Part shown: piece by piece, positions 1 through 12,830 of the stretch
How the letters are laid out: every line of letters starts with the position of its first letter
Position numbering within the stretch: the first letter of the stretch is position 1
Notes under the pieces: generated by a model
The model's database searches: none
Told to the model about the DNA's origin: nothing
What the model saw: the letters and a program-made list of their open reading frames with translations, nothing else
Source: Amoebophrya sp. A120
Taxonomy: Eukaryota > Protista > Dinoflagellata
Reading direction: 5' to 3'
Assembly (NCBI GenBank): GCA_905178155.1
Contig: CAJINV010000003.1
Coordinates: 11,697,105-11,761,104 of the forward strand
DNA: 64,000 nt
Position numbers and translations under genes: made by a program

Positions 1-87
1 ATTTCCCTGACCTTCACGCCTCCCGGCGGTTGCCCTATATGGTAACGGCAACTGCCTTCGCGCTGCGTTTGCTAAGCAATATCGCAA

Positions 88-138
88 GCGCGCAGAGCGC
101 GCGCGCCGGCTTCGTGGGCCGGCGCGCGCTCTGCGCGC
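88..138. repeat. GC-rich inverted repeat (hairpin)
   Basis: gcgcgcagagcgcgcgcgccggc-ttcgtgg-gccggcgcgcgctctgcgcgc: a stem of about 21 bp with a 2-nt bulge. Confidence 0.75.
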
Positions 139-377
139 GCGCGCACGCATTTGGTTACCAGATTAGGAACATAAACAGATTTTGATATCGCTGTTTATCA
201 AGTTCATCTCCTCCGCCTCCCGCTGTGGTACTCCGCATTACTAGAACCTCGGAGAGCTGACGGACGTACCTGCACGGAAACTAAACCAATGGCATGATCA
301 GGCTTGATACTTTCTACTACTTGAAATTATCGTCCACATCATCGACCACTTATCTACAGCAGAGCAGTCTTTTGTTA

Positions 378-2034
378 CCGTCCGTCCCCTGCACCAGGAG
401 TCCGCAACACTGCTCCACCTTTTCCAAGTCACACTTCTCGAGCACCGCTGCCCCGTATGCATTGCAAATAATATGTGGTCTGAGTCGGGGAAGAGTCTGA
501 GTAGAGCTTGTGATGCTAGGTCTGGTCGACACAAAAATTTGTCTTGCATAAAGCAGGATAAGTAAACAAGCATTATTGAGAAGCTCGAGAAGAAGCAGTG
601 CTCATACTTTACAACTTGTGATGCTACTAGTGCGACTTACGGTTGTTCGACAAATAATTCCACACCTTCCGGCTCAGCAATCAACATGCAGAAGCAGTAT
701 CACAAACCTCCGCAATGTTCCAGTAGCCCAGAGCCAGATCGAAGCTATTTGCGTTTCATACCTCTTGGAACAGGTCGATGCACCGAGTTTCCGGGTCGTA
801 GATGAGCGCGCCGTTGACGCGCGGCAGACTTTTCGCGTCGTAGTCGCCAATCGACCGGGTGGGCTGCAGTCCGCCCAGCCGCCCGTTGTGTGGCGGCCCG
901 TATGAACTGCAAATATGTCTGGGTCTGGAAAAAAGCAGCGCTTGTCATGCACATTTTGCATGAGCCATAACGTCTGTGATGCATGCCCTAGTATCACAGA
1001 TTTGTTGAGGGCTTTGTGATGCCTGTACTGCATGAGAGATGCCCGCTTCTCCGTGTAGCAAAAAGTGGGCCTCTTTTGCTGGTCACGCAATAGAAATTCG
1101 GTGTAGAATCCAAAGGCAGCATCACAAGTTGCAACCTTCCAGACCCAGACATATTTGCATTTGATAGCCCGTCGATGTCTGCGATCCCAGACCGCTCCAT
1201 CCGCACGCGCTCGGCCGGGCACCGGCAGGACTTATGAAGTGTAAAAATGTCTGGGTCTGGAAGAATGCAACTTGTGATGCGCATTTCAGAACACACAAAA
1301 ATCTCTCATGCATAGGTAGCAAAAGCTGCTCACTTTCTGTCACCAAAAGGGGGGATTTGTCATGCGGGTTCGGCATTGCGGAAGCTTCTCGAAACCTGTG
1401 ATGCTAGAGCTTCCATGACGGACCTTCTGTGTCATGCAGAAACAGCATGACTCTTCCAGACCCAGACATTTTTACAGTTGATAGGACTGCTCCAGGGACA
1501 AGTGATTCAGGCGGCCGAGCCGCAACTTCTTCCGGTTCCCCCGCGCCCGCGTGGAGGTGCAGTCACTCACGGGCACGTACTTGGCGTCGCAGTCCCCGAC
1601 CTGGGCGCAATACATGTAGCGGCCCCAGCACAGCACCGCGTTCATGCAGGTGCCGGACGAAATTTTTTCTTGCCACAGCGTGAATTCGCACTGCTCGGCG
1701 GCTTTCTTCATGGCCTCGGCCGGCTTGCTGGCACGTGTTCGAAAGTCGTGCAAGACCAAGTTCGGGAAGAATTCGGCCACCGTGGTCGCGGCCTGCGCGC
1801 CGTCGTGGCCGTCACAGACGCCCGAGATGAAGAGGTCGATCCTTTTTTCGTCCCCTACCGCATTGAAAGAGCCGCGAGTTGAAAAAATACGGTCTTCGTT
1901 TCCCCGGTGCGGCGGATGCACCATGTCCTCTCGTTTCTTCCCGGCCGCTGCTTTGTCGTTGGCACCGCTGTTTGACGTTTTCTTCTTTCCTTCGTCATCA
2001 GATTCGCTATCGTCGCTGTGCTCCTTATCGTTGT
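378..2034 (-). CDS. Protein phosphatase 2C (PPM family), multi-exon, ends uncertain
   Basis: Motifs GVCDGHDG, SSGTC and CAQVGDC in ORF 1472-2083. Removing elements 1233-1483, 901-1166 and 456-760 gives the continuous frame LSLEQSCRCPAERVRMERSG...GRLGGLQPTRSIGD...LIYDPE...LLVQGTDG, i.e. the remaining PP2C motifs. Confidence 0.88.
456..760. mobile_element. Degenerate family A introner-like element
   Basis: Ends tatgcattgcaaata... and ...tttgcgtttcata. Flanks ccccg/cctct (decayed DR). Removal joins LFQE to AAVLEK in frame. Confidence 0.65.
901..1166. mobile_element. Family A introner (TIR about 30 bp, 5-bp DR gcccg)
   Basis: tatgaactgcaaatatgtctgggtctggaa ... ttccagacccagacatatttgcatttgata. 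DR at 896-900 and 1167-1171. Removal gives DIDG-PPHNGRLGG. Confidence 0.92.
1233..1483. mobile_element. Family A introner (DR ggact)
   Basis: Family A TIR pair. DR at 1228-1232 and 1484-1488. Removal gives LEQS-CRCPAER. Confidence 0.92.
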
Positions 2035-2625
2035 ATGCATTGCAAAAGAAAAAGTATCGTTTATACTTTAATACGAAAATCAAAATGAATTGCCTCGTCC
2101 CAAAGTAGGTCTCACAGAAGGAAAACTCAACCTTCTCCTCATGCAGGCTCAGGTAGAAAAGCAGACCTTTGAATCATTGTCAACAAGCGGGACTACAATT
2201 TCTTGTGCGAGATGAACGCTATTTTGTACTTTTGCCCAGGATACGTCCCCCGCAGAATCGTCCGGCAAAGGCGGCAGATCGCGCCGCTTCTGGGTGAACT
2301 TGCGGCACAAGTACAAAAAATTCATATTCTCGCCCTCGCGTGCCAGTTGATGCATTGCAAACGCATCTGGGTGTCGCTCTGGAACTCAGTGCAGCAGACA
2401 CAGAAGTTTATTCTCAACATGCCAGATTATTTCTATGCCTCACGAAAACAAGAATACAGGGATCACAAGTTCTGCCAGGCCTTGGCAATGTTCGTTCTCA
2501 ATGAGGAGGAGGAGGACACCTCTATAGTCAGCTTCTAACTACTAAGCTACTCTCTCTTTAAGCTAACCATAGGACATGTTTCTGAGGACGACTAGCCGAG
2601 CTGGAGATAGAGTTGTAAATGGTGG

Positions 2626-2723
2626 ACAAATAGCCCTGCCAGGTGTACTAAACCTAGGACTTCAGTGCCACCCGTGAACAAATAGCCCTGCTAGGTGTAC
2701 AAAACCTAGGACTTCAGTGCCAC
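2626..2723. repeat. Direct repeat, 2 x 46 bp, period 52
   Basis: acaaatagccctgc(c/t)aggtgtac(t/a)aaacctaggacttcagtgccac at 2626 and 2678. Confidence 0.85.
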
Positions 2724-4049
2724 GCTGTCTTCTTTTCTCCGCTCAAGGCCCGTCCCCGAGTCTGTACTGCGATCACCCCACTCGATCCAGCTGCTGCATG
2801 CTCAGTGGCTCTCTGGACCTGTTTATATCTGGACGCTTTTACCGGAGAGTTTTGGACTTGTGGCGCTGGAGCGACAACCGGTTGGTGACCTAAGGCCCGT
2901 ACCCGGAGTGCCCAGACGCCACACCTGTTCGACGAGAGGATGTGAGCCACTGCGCGAGGACGTAGTAATGAGGGGCAACCGCAACAGAGTTACCTGTAGG
3001 CTGAAGCCCGCAGCGAGGGTTCGTCGATCCCCCCGCTGTTGTGGTGAACGAGTACAAAGAGTTCTACCTGCGCCCGGCCGGGGCCATCGGCATAGGTTGC
3101 ACTTGGTTTTGCAACCAGCAAGAGTGTTTTCCGGTTTATTTTCCTCTCAGGACACGAAGTACTCATAACGAAACTACGAAAGAACAGATGTGGCGCCTCC
3201 CCCGGACAGACGCAGGAGCCGCTCCCCTAGTAGAAGTCTTACGCGGGCTGCGTCTGCCACGACCTGCTTTGTGTTTTGGGTGCTGCGCTTCCGTGTAGTA
3301 CTTCTTTCTAAATTTTTTTTTCTTGCGCTCTATTTTTACGCGACGGGACCTAGAAATTTTGAGTGGGCATCAACTGTACTCTTCTTTGCGATTTTTGTCC
3401 TTTTCTTCTTTGACGATGGTGCCCGTATTTGGCGTCTTCGTACTTTTCGGTGTGGAAACTCAGACGGAAAACTTCTCTGTGTGTTCGTACTCCTGCTGCG
3501 GCCATCCCGGATGCCGTGCGTCACCAGTGTGATTGGGAATGCGTAGTTCCGCTCCTCCCGCACCAACACCCTACGCACCCCGCTCGCGTGACGCACTTTC
3601 TCCTTCCTGCTCGCTGCTATGTTGGAGCTTTTTACTGAGGTGTATCTGTTTCGTTTTTTGTTTTTATATTTTTATTTCTTCGGTGTGAACATGAACTGCT
3701 ATGGTGTGAAAGATGTTTGCGCGTGTCCTGAATGACTGATCATAACTGAAAGAAACCTACTGGGAGGAGTACTACTGGAAGACTACACGTACATAAAATA
3801 TCTAGCGCGATCAAGTGACTATACTACTCCGTACTCTTTACTTCGGTCCGGGAAACCTGCGCATCTTTGCGAACTTCGGTGGGGAAGTACCTTCCCCGAC
3901 TGCCCCAACACCGGGGTGCTTCTTCGTCTGCTGCAAGTCGCTCCGAGTTTCGTAGTTCTGTGTCGCCTTTTTCGCCAGACCGGCAAACCGTCGCACATTT
4001 TCTGGTTGCACTTGTTGCGGGCGCGCCCGCCTTGATTCACCTCCTCCTC

Positions 4050-7000
4050 CTAGACCATGTCCACCCACGGCACTAGCTTCACTAGCGCCGTGTCATTCGG
4101 CACGACCGAGTCCAATTTCAACTGCTCCCTTTCTTCTTTCGGCTGCTCCGATGTGTCCCGCTGCGCGTTCTCCTGGATCGCTTTGCGTAGCGATTCTGGT
4201 AGTATGCCCGGTCGGTTTTCAGATGTCATGTCAAGATAGGTCAGTATTTTGCGTGTCATTTGAGTGCTTTTTAGAATTTCGCATCGCTGTTTCATACTTG
4301 TTATTTTTGGCAGGCCGAAGCATTTCTCTCTTGCTTCTACAAAATCTGCTTGCTGGCATTCATACAAAAGGTGGTCGGTCGTTGGCAGAACTTTCTTGTC
4401 ACAGTATGGGCATTTCATGCCTGTTAGATGTGGCCTCCTTGTGTTGTGTTCGAGCTTTCCCATTCCTAGGAATCCTTTTTTCCCTGTCCCCATCCATAAT
4501 GCAAACATAATAGTATCTAGATACTGCGGACGTTTTTCTTCTGTTTTGTATTCCCGCATGCAAAATGCTCGTCGCTTCAAGTATGGGTGACATTTTGTGC
4601 TGCCTAGAAACTTGTTTTTCGTTCTTTCCTGTACTAGCCGGCGGAGCAGGTTCACTGTTGTGTCCTTTTTGTAGAAGGGCCTCTGTAGTTCTTTTCCCTT
4701 GTTGTGGTCTAAGCCTCTTGTAGCCATCGCGTCTGCAAAATCATTATAGTAGTTCGCCAGATGTGAGGGCGTCCACCTAAAGATGAACTCACACCCTGGC
4801 GCGGAAACTTTTTCTAGCTCTTCTAGCTCTCGCACGAGCTTGATGATCATGATATTACTCCGGTCCCGGAAAGCCTTCACTGCCTGCAGGAGCCCGTTGT
4901 TGTCAATGAAGAAGACGTGCTTGGTTATTGTCTTCAGCCACTGCGGATCTGAGTGGGCCCGTAACGTTTTGATGTGGTTCAGCAGGCCGTAGCACTCCCC
5001 GTCAAACGAGTCCGGGTCAGTCGTCTCCTCTGGATCACCTATTTCTGACTCAATGCAGCAACAACTTACCACGATCGGCGCAGGGCGTCGCCCCTGCTGT
5101 GCAGTGCAGTGCCAAGAGGCACCGCCCCCGCTCCCTCGTTCGAACTTTGCTCCCCCGTCTGTGTACGACACCACGGTCCGCTTCTCGCGCAATAGGGAGC
5201 GCGTTACCTGTTCGTTCATTTGCGAGATATGTAGCCTTACCTTATCCTTCTCCTCACGATCTCCCAGCCTGCCGGGATCTGCTACATCGAAGTCTGCGGC
5301 GACCTGACGCATCGGCAGCACCGTGATCCTGTTCACACCCCTCCAGTACTGCCGCCCTACCTGTAAACTTTTTGCTGCTTGTGCTAAGTCACGATATTCC
5401 TCACTCAGTGCTATTCTATTCATTCTGCATGACCAGGCTTCGTTGCACCGCCCCCAGAGCGGGTTTTCGTGTGTTGTAGTTGCGCATATCGGGTCCTCCA
5501 AGTCCCACGTTGCAAAAATGTCTGGAAGCTCGTCCGGCTCGATCTCGCTCTCCTCCTGTGTCTGGGGAGCAACGTGCTGCCCCTCGCCTGCTGCTGCGAC
5601 CACTGGAGCGGATTCCGACTCGGGGGGGACAGGGGGAAACGCTTCGGCGTCCCGTGACATTTCCGGCGATGGCCGCGCGGGCGGAATGTCCGCCTCGTCT
5701 AGGTAGAAGGGCCACAAGTCCAGAGCGGCGCCTTTGTAAAACACCATTAGAGCGTCCGTCAGAATGTTGTCGATTGGGCTCGCGAGGCCCGTGGCGCTGT
5801 ACATCAGGAAGTTGCTGCAGTTCCGCGGGATATTCAGGCGCTGTTTTATCTGAGATGCAAATGTCTTTGCTACTTCTTTCTTTGCTGAAGTCGTGAAAAA
5901 AGGAAACGGCACGACTGAGATCGACGTGATCGCAGGGAATGCAAATGCGTTCATGAGCATTATCTTTTGCTTGATGCTTTGTCCTCGTTCTGACTGCAAA
6001 AAGCGGAACTCATGCATAATTTTCTTTTGAACTTCGTCCGCGTGCGAGCGGAAGGTGTATGCTCCGTCGTAGATGCAGCCCAGGCTCTTCCCCTTTCCCG
6101 CTCTGGATTTTTGGTTCGGCTTGCTGCTATCGTACTCGATCTGCTTGTGTTTGAGCTCGTCAAAAAATATCTTCTTCGTGAGGCCGATCTTTTTCATCAT
6201 GCTGGGCACCTGCTCACCTTCAGGCGTGTTTTTGGCGACGACCGTGATATCGTCCGAGTACGCACTGAGTACGCGTATTGCTTGCAGTTCGAGCACCTCC
6301 ATGATCAAGTCGATCGTGTATCCGTTCCATACAGACCCGGAAAGCGGAGAGCCCTGCGGTTTGCCGACCCACAGAGCGTACTCCTTCCCTCCCGGTAGTT
6401 TTATTTTTCTCCACTTCATGAAGCCAGCAATTGCCGCACATTGTTGTGCTGGGCAAACCTTGGCCTTCAGTGCTCCTAAAGTCTCCACGTGGCAGACGAT
6501 ATCAAAACCAGAACAACAGTCATTCAGAACTACCTTACAGCTTACCTCCCCAAAAATCCCATCCACAATCACCGCCGTGGAGAATTCCTTCCCATGTGCT
6601 TGCCGATATGCGTTGCTGAAAGCCGGCTGAACCTTCGGGCCAAGACCCTTGTACTCCGAGCCCTCCCACCGGTGGCCATCCAGCCAAAGGCTCTGGCGCC
6701 TGTCATAAATATTGTCTAAGATCTTGCTATACACACTGCACAGTGATACGGGACGCATTAACATTTCCGTGTAGCAGCCTCCTGCCACTTTCGGCACTGC
6801 GGCCATCGAGATCAAGCGTCCTTGAGCCGGATATGATGCATGATAGACGTATGCTTCAAAACATTGAAAGAGAGCCCAGCGTAGAAGCGGCCCCGCATTT
6901 CGCACCATCTCATGCGTGGTGAGACAGTGGCCGGGGGTGCGCCCCGGTTGCAGTTTCCTTATTGCCGCCTCTACTTCCAAGAAACTCAACGGCCAGGCGC

Positions 7001-9524
7001 TGCCGCCATCTTTCTCCGCCTTCTCCTTCAAGTAGTCCTGCTCTGCTACCGTCCAGGCCCGTTCTACCTCGTCCTTGGATGCGGGCCGTGTTTCGAACTC
7101 TTCGTATACCTTGAATGGTTTACTTCTGAAAAAGTTTTTTATTATTCGACAGATTTCGGAGGGGACTCGCGTGGCCTCCTCCTCTGTGGGCACGTCGTTC
7201 ACCTTCTTGGCCTTCAAAATCTTGTTCGCTTCGTCCAAGGACTTGGCCTCGATGCCTGTAGTGCGAAGTAGATATTTCCGGCGAGACTCGAAGTCCCCCC
7301 GCACCATGACTTTCGGAAACCCCGTCGACCACCGGTTCGCACCCTTCCGCTCCTTAACCCCCTGCCAATCCAGGTCCTTCACGACGGCGGCCACCTCCTC
7401 GTCGACCGCAGGCGCAGGTGCAGTGGGGGGGGCTTTCCCCGCGGGCCGTTTGTTTGTGCCTGTTTTACTCTCTACGTTCTTGCCTGCTTTCTTGCCCTTT
7501 TTCCTGCCTATGTACTTCAGAGTTTCCAGGGCCGCGCCATGTATTGCATGCCTAATTTTTGTCAGGCATTCGTCTGCCTTTGCTGTGCTCATCTGCCTAT
7601 TTGGCTGCCAGTCCTCAGGTCTTCGCAGACCTTCTGTCCAATAGTCCATGCCTGTACCAGCGCCCGCATCACACATCTTTTCTGGCATCACAAAAAGTTC
7701 TTTTACTTTCTTATCAGCTTCTTCTGCATATGCCTTCCACTGTTCTTCTGTGGTTTCTTCAAACAAATACTTTACTCGTTCTTCCTGCTCAAACTCTAGG
7801 GGGGCGCTGAATTCCCAGTCACAGAGCTCCAGAAAGTTGTCCTTCAGCCGCAGCGTGGAGGATAACATATCATGGTCGCTCGCATTCATCTTGTGCACTG
7901 CTGTATTCTCGCTACTGAAAAATCTAGACTCAAACATAATCATGTCCGGCGATGTGAAGGAGCCGTTCTCGTGTCGGGTGGGCAGGCGTTGCACGTTGGC
8001 CTGCTGCCAGTTCCCATCGTGCTCCTCGCTCGGCCCCAGTAGGCTCGCGACCTTTGTACCTGCTGCATTTGAAGTAAAGTTTAAATTTGAACCTGTGGGC
8101 TCCCAATCCCGGTGCCGCGCGTTCAAGTCACCCATGACTATAATAGGCAACGCCATCTCTGGGTGAAGCGGAAGAGAGGACGAGGAGAAGTTGGCTGGGG
8201 GGCTGTACACCCCTCCGACCATTACTGGGTGGCCTAGCAGCCTTGCTGTTGTTACTATTTGCTCGTCGTTGTTGATGGACTCGCACATTCCGATCTCAGG
8301 CAGCCCTAGCTCCTCTCCTAGCAGCAGCATCGAGCTCTTCACATTCGTTGCGGCATCGGTAGGACAGAGGACGACGTGGAAGCCGCGCCGGCGTGCCTTC
8401 TCGATCAGCCTGCTCTTGTCACCGGCAAGGCTGGCCACGTGCGTCTCGCTGAGGTGGATGATACGGATGTGAGGATGCTGGTCCAGGAACAGCATCAACT
8501 CGTCAGTTGCAGTTAGAAGGCGGGCGGCCTCCTCCCTGGTGAGGTTGCCCTGCTTGTTCTTGTTCAAGGTGTGCGCGCTCTGCATGTTCCAGGTGGCGAC
8601 CCCTATCGTGTCGTAGATGGGCGGGCGGCTGCTCTTCGCCTTTGCGACTATGTACTTCGTCGCTTTGCCGGCATATCTTTCTGCGTCTATGTGCTTCTGC
8701 ATCTCGTCTGACGTTGCCCCGTTCTCATGCATGTATTTTATGTGCGATATCCGGTCTATTACTTCTGCACTACATTCAGGGCACTGTGTCGGCACGTTTG
8801 CCGACTTCCCTTGTCGGGCCGCTGTGCTTCTGCAAACTTCTGCATGCGCTAAAACTTCCTTCTCGCAATCTGAGTTCATGACCTTGCAAACCCCACAAAC
8901 AAACTTACCATCATTCGCCGACCTGTGCATTCGGTTTTTATGTATTATTTCACTTATTCTATAGTCACGCTCCCCTTCCTCGTCCTTGAAGTCGAAATCA
9001 AAAACATTACCTGCTATTACTCTACCCACCTCGTCCTTCTTATCGTTCCATTTGTTACAAAATTCTAAGTGGTGCGCGTGCTTGTCCGGATCTCGGGACG
9101 TGTTTCCACATCCGCATATGTACACCCTCTTCTGCGATTTCACCTTGCTGTACGACTCCAGGGCCTTGTCCACGCGCGCCTTGACCTTTTGGCGCTTCAG
9201 GTCGTTGCTTGGCAGAAACCTTGCGGCCACTGCCCCGTCAGGTGCTGGCGCCGCCTCCATCGGAACCTCCTTGCAAATCACCACTGGCCTCGGTATTCCT
9301 CCCACCTCCTCCAGAAACTCGCCGATCTCTGCCGGGCGCGCAGCCCATTGCGCGCCTTGGGGCTCCTGCTGTACCCCTCCTGTTGTGGATCTCCCCCTAC
9401 TCAAAGGTGAGACAGGATCGACACGCACAACCCCGGAGGAGCAGGATACTGCCCCCCCCTGTGTTCTTTGTTTTTTCATTATGCCTACTTCGGCTGCCAA
9501 AAATCTACATACTAAATTCATCAT
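4050..9524 (-). mobile_element. Non-LTR retrotransposon (LINE, I/ingi-like) single ORF, 1824 aa
   Basis: N-terminal Cys/His fingers. APE motifs TWNMQS, LSETH, VYSPP, GDLNA, SDH. RT motifs RPVSL, GKPQGSPLS, AYSDDI. RNase H motifs YTDGG, FIDN, WTPSH, NDFADAMA. C-terminal CPYC...HLLYEC. Element boundaries and TSD not identified. Confidence 0.95.
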
Positions 9525-11699
9525 TTTCTCTTCTTCAGCATTTCAATTCAGTAGTGTCAGTCAGAATAGGGCGCAGGTTGGTGCAGTGGTAGTGGTCAGT
9601 GTTTAGTCAGTCCACTGCACGCCTGAACTGTTTCCCTTGTCACGCCTCTCAACTTCTCAGTTCGTTCTCGGCCCCGGTTCGTAGCCAGTTTGGCTTCTTT
9701 CACGCCGTGTACCCCCGCAAACTGCGCGTCGTTCCTTTTCTCCGGTTTCTCCTTCCCGTCAACGCTGTACCGACCGCCCCTGCACCGCGGAGAGTCTCCT
9801 TCGCCACCACGTTCAGACGCCGTCCCCGACCGCCCCCGCACCGTGGCTAGCCTCTTTCTCCACCACGTTCGTCTGCCTCTTGGAGGAGGAGATTTGATCT
9901 CAACTCCTTCGCCCCACTACCAGGGGGGATCTCCGTTCCCGGTTCCTCCTCGCTGCTGCTGGAGGAGATTCCCACTCTGCCTCCCTTCGTAGCTACCTGA
10001 AGAAAGTTTTTAGTTTTTACGTGGAGGCTCTGTTGCTTTGTATCCTGCTAAGAAAAACTTATCATTCCATTACTGAGTGCGTTTTTCGGCTCTTACCGCG
10101 CCCACACTACATACACCAGAAGCAATATGAAGTAACATTGTGCCCTTTTGCGCTTACACCGCTGGCATCTCATACAGCAAAAGAGATATTTTGTACTTTA
10201 TTTGCTTCTTTCCCGAGGTCGCTATCCTGCTCCTTCCATTTTGTTTTGTTTGCCACTTCATTCTTTTCTTACTAGGGGGCCGGAATTTTTGTTCTGTACT
10301 TCTAACTCTAGTGCTTGCGCTAACTTTACTCGTCGCTGTTGGTAAAAGAAAATTGAAACGGAGGGCAAAGAATCCGTAATTATGTTCTACTCTGTTCCTG
10401 GCCCTAGATAACTACGTATGGGTCCTGCCGTTCGCCCGCAACACGACAGCTGCCCCGGTTTTCCCCCTACGACCCACCCTACCCAATCTGTGTGGGGGAG
10501 CTCGCCCATGCATCTTTGTTTGCGAGCCACTGACCTTCTTTCTCGGTGTGCGCGTGCTTGTCAGTGCTCATCCTAGGGAGTCGCATGAGCAATTCTTTTG
10601 AGCTGGGGCTGCCCTTGTGCTCTTGGGCGGTTTTAGTTCTGCGTAGAGTCGCGCACACTGTTACTCATGACCTTCTATCTGCCCCGGCGAGGTTCACCTC
10701 CCCCAGCTGTGGGATTCTGCGGCGGCTGCGACAGGCGAGATCGTAGGAGCGTATGCAGTTCCGTATGCAGTGGGCTTTGCCTCTTCGTCCACGATAAAAC
10801 GCGTAAAAGTATCTGATTCCGCTCACGCCTCTTCTTTGGCGTCGGGCTCGGTGCACGTCTGGCCGGTCCGACTGCTGTCGTGCTGCGACCGCTTCCTCGG
10901 TCCCGGTATATTCTTTATTAGTTATGTCCTGGTCGCGCTAGATAGATTTATTTCGAAAGCCGCATTTTGATCCTGTTATGATTATCTTACCTGTTTTCGA
11001 TCAAGGAAGGACGACCAGTATGCGATGCCATCTTGTTTCTTTCTTTCCCCACGCCGTTTTTTCGCCGCCGCAAAAAGGATCGGATCCAGCCCACGCTGGG
11101 CACACAAAAAAGATCTTCTCACTTGATCCTGCCACTCTTGTGGTGCTTCTTCTACTTCTCGCCGTTGCCAAACAGACCAGTTTTTCAGATAAAACTGACA
11201 AAAAACTTTGGCTAGAAGCAGACTGCCCTTCGCTGTACTGCTACCCCTAGACCTTAGCCCTTTCTCTATTCGCATCATTCTTTGCGTAACTACAAGCAAG
11301 AGCTTCTCACTTGCGCATTTGTTGCAGTGTCTTGTAAAAGTCGTACCATCGCGACTTAGCTACAAACATAAATTCGAGAACATGTACAAGATTCACAAAA
11401 TTGGTAGTATGCTGTTCGCAGGGCTGCGCAAGCACAAGTAGTAAAAGAGATCTAGAGAGCTCTCAGTTTGAATAACGACAGAAAGCAGGATAAAACACAT
11501 CCAATGACAATTTGGGTTCGAATCTCAACAAGAGCGATTGCGATAGGGAAACGCCCGAAATAGCGTGTAGCAAATTTGCGCAACCGCGGACCACGAGGGC
11601 GAAAGGCCGTCGCAGCGAGCCTTGCTAGTCCGTCACCGAAGTTTGCGGCACGCAACAAGCCCGCCGCCGGTACTAAGGCGTAGACTGACAACGAAAAGG

Positions 11700-12830
11700 A
11701 GAGGCAACGAACCAACCGCGCACCCCCGGCCCTCGCCCCAGCCAAGAAAAAAGCGGTCGGCGCGGGGCTGCCTGGGGCCGATTTGTGGCGGGCCGGCGTT
11801 GCTTTGGCTGGCCGAGCCCATTCATTGGGGCGCCGGGCCGCCAAGGTAAGAAGGCGGGCCGGCGCGCGGGGCGGGCAGGAAGACCGGCCGGCCTGGGTCC
11901 CTCCACCCAGAGTAAAGGGGGCCCTGCCTGGAAACCGCGCGCGGGCCCACCTGGGAAACAGGGCGCCGGGCGAGTCTCGCCGGCCGCGCGCGCCACCGGC
12001 CCCTTTCGGCAACAAGGCTCCCGGGGCCTTGGCGCCGCGATTGCGGGGAGAACGAAGGCAGGAGGGCGCACCCGCAGAAACAAATGGCGGCGCTGATGCG
12101 AGAGACGGGCCCCTCCGGTCCGCATATCTCTGCCGCTTCCGCCGGCGCGCCTCGGTCGTGTTCGAGCGGCAACGCGATGGCCACCTCCGGCCCCGCTTCA
12201 TCCTCGCGCGCCCTTCTGTCCGAGGGGCCGCCGAGGTAGGGCCGCCTGCGGCCTTCCAAGGGGGCCAGGACCTGTAGGAGCGGTAGGGCGCCGCCGGCCC
12301 CGGGGCGGTGCGCCGCGCGGGGCCGGCCCGGCCCGGCCCATCGCAGAAGGGCGCGCGCGCCGCGCGCAACCAATGTTCCAGCCCTACGGCGCCAGCAGGG
12401 GGGCCGGGCCCGCGGGCCCGCCCACACTTGCCAGCAGCAGCGGAGCGGGGGGATTCGGGCGGGCCCGCCTGGAGCTCTCGGGCTGGGCCCTGCCCGATTT
12501 CTTGTTTCCTGCCCTCCCCATCCCCGCTAGAGTCGCAAATGCCCCGCGCGCCCTGCCCCCTCGCTTTCCTGGAAGCTCCCGCGGTCTTGTTTGATCTGCA
12601 TCGGCAACCAGATCACGCGCCGCATATCAGGCGGGCACTCCGCTCCCGGCGTCCGCGCCGGGCCGCTCTATCGCGTCGGCTAAATAGATCACCAAGAGGG
12701 GGGGCAGGCGTGGGCCCGGCCCCGGCCTCGCCAACACCACGGCGCCGCGCGCGTCCAGGATCTGGCCCGGCTCAAAATCTGGCAGGCGAACTCGAGGCGC
12801 GCCCCCCTTGGCTACAGGCTCTGCATCGGG
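11700..12830. other. Very GC-rich tract of unknown nature (possible decayed insertion)
   Basis: Abrupt GC shift. Long ORFs in several frames encode only Arg/Pro/Gly/Ala-rich low-complexity sequence. Confidence 0.35.

Noticed and set aside
9850-9990. HDV-like ribozyme at the LINE 5' end (cctcctcgctg resembles the HDV core)
   Set aside because: It is on the wrong strand relative to the element and the P1/P2 pseudoknot could not be built
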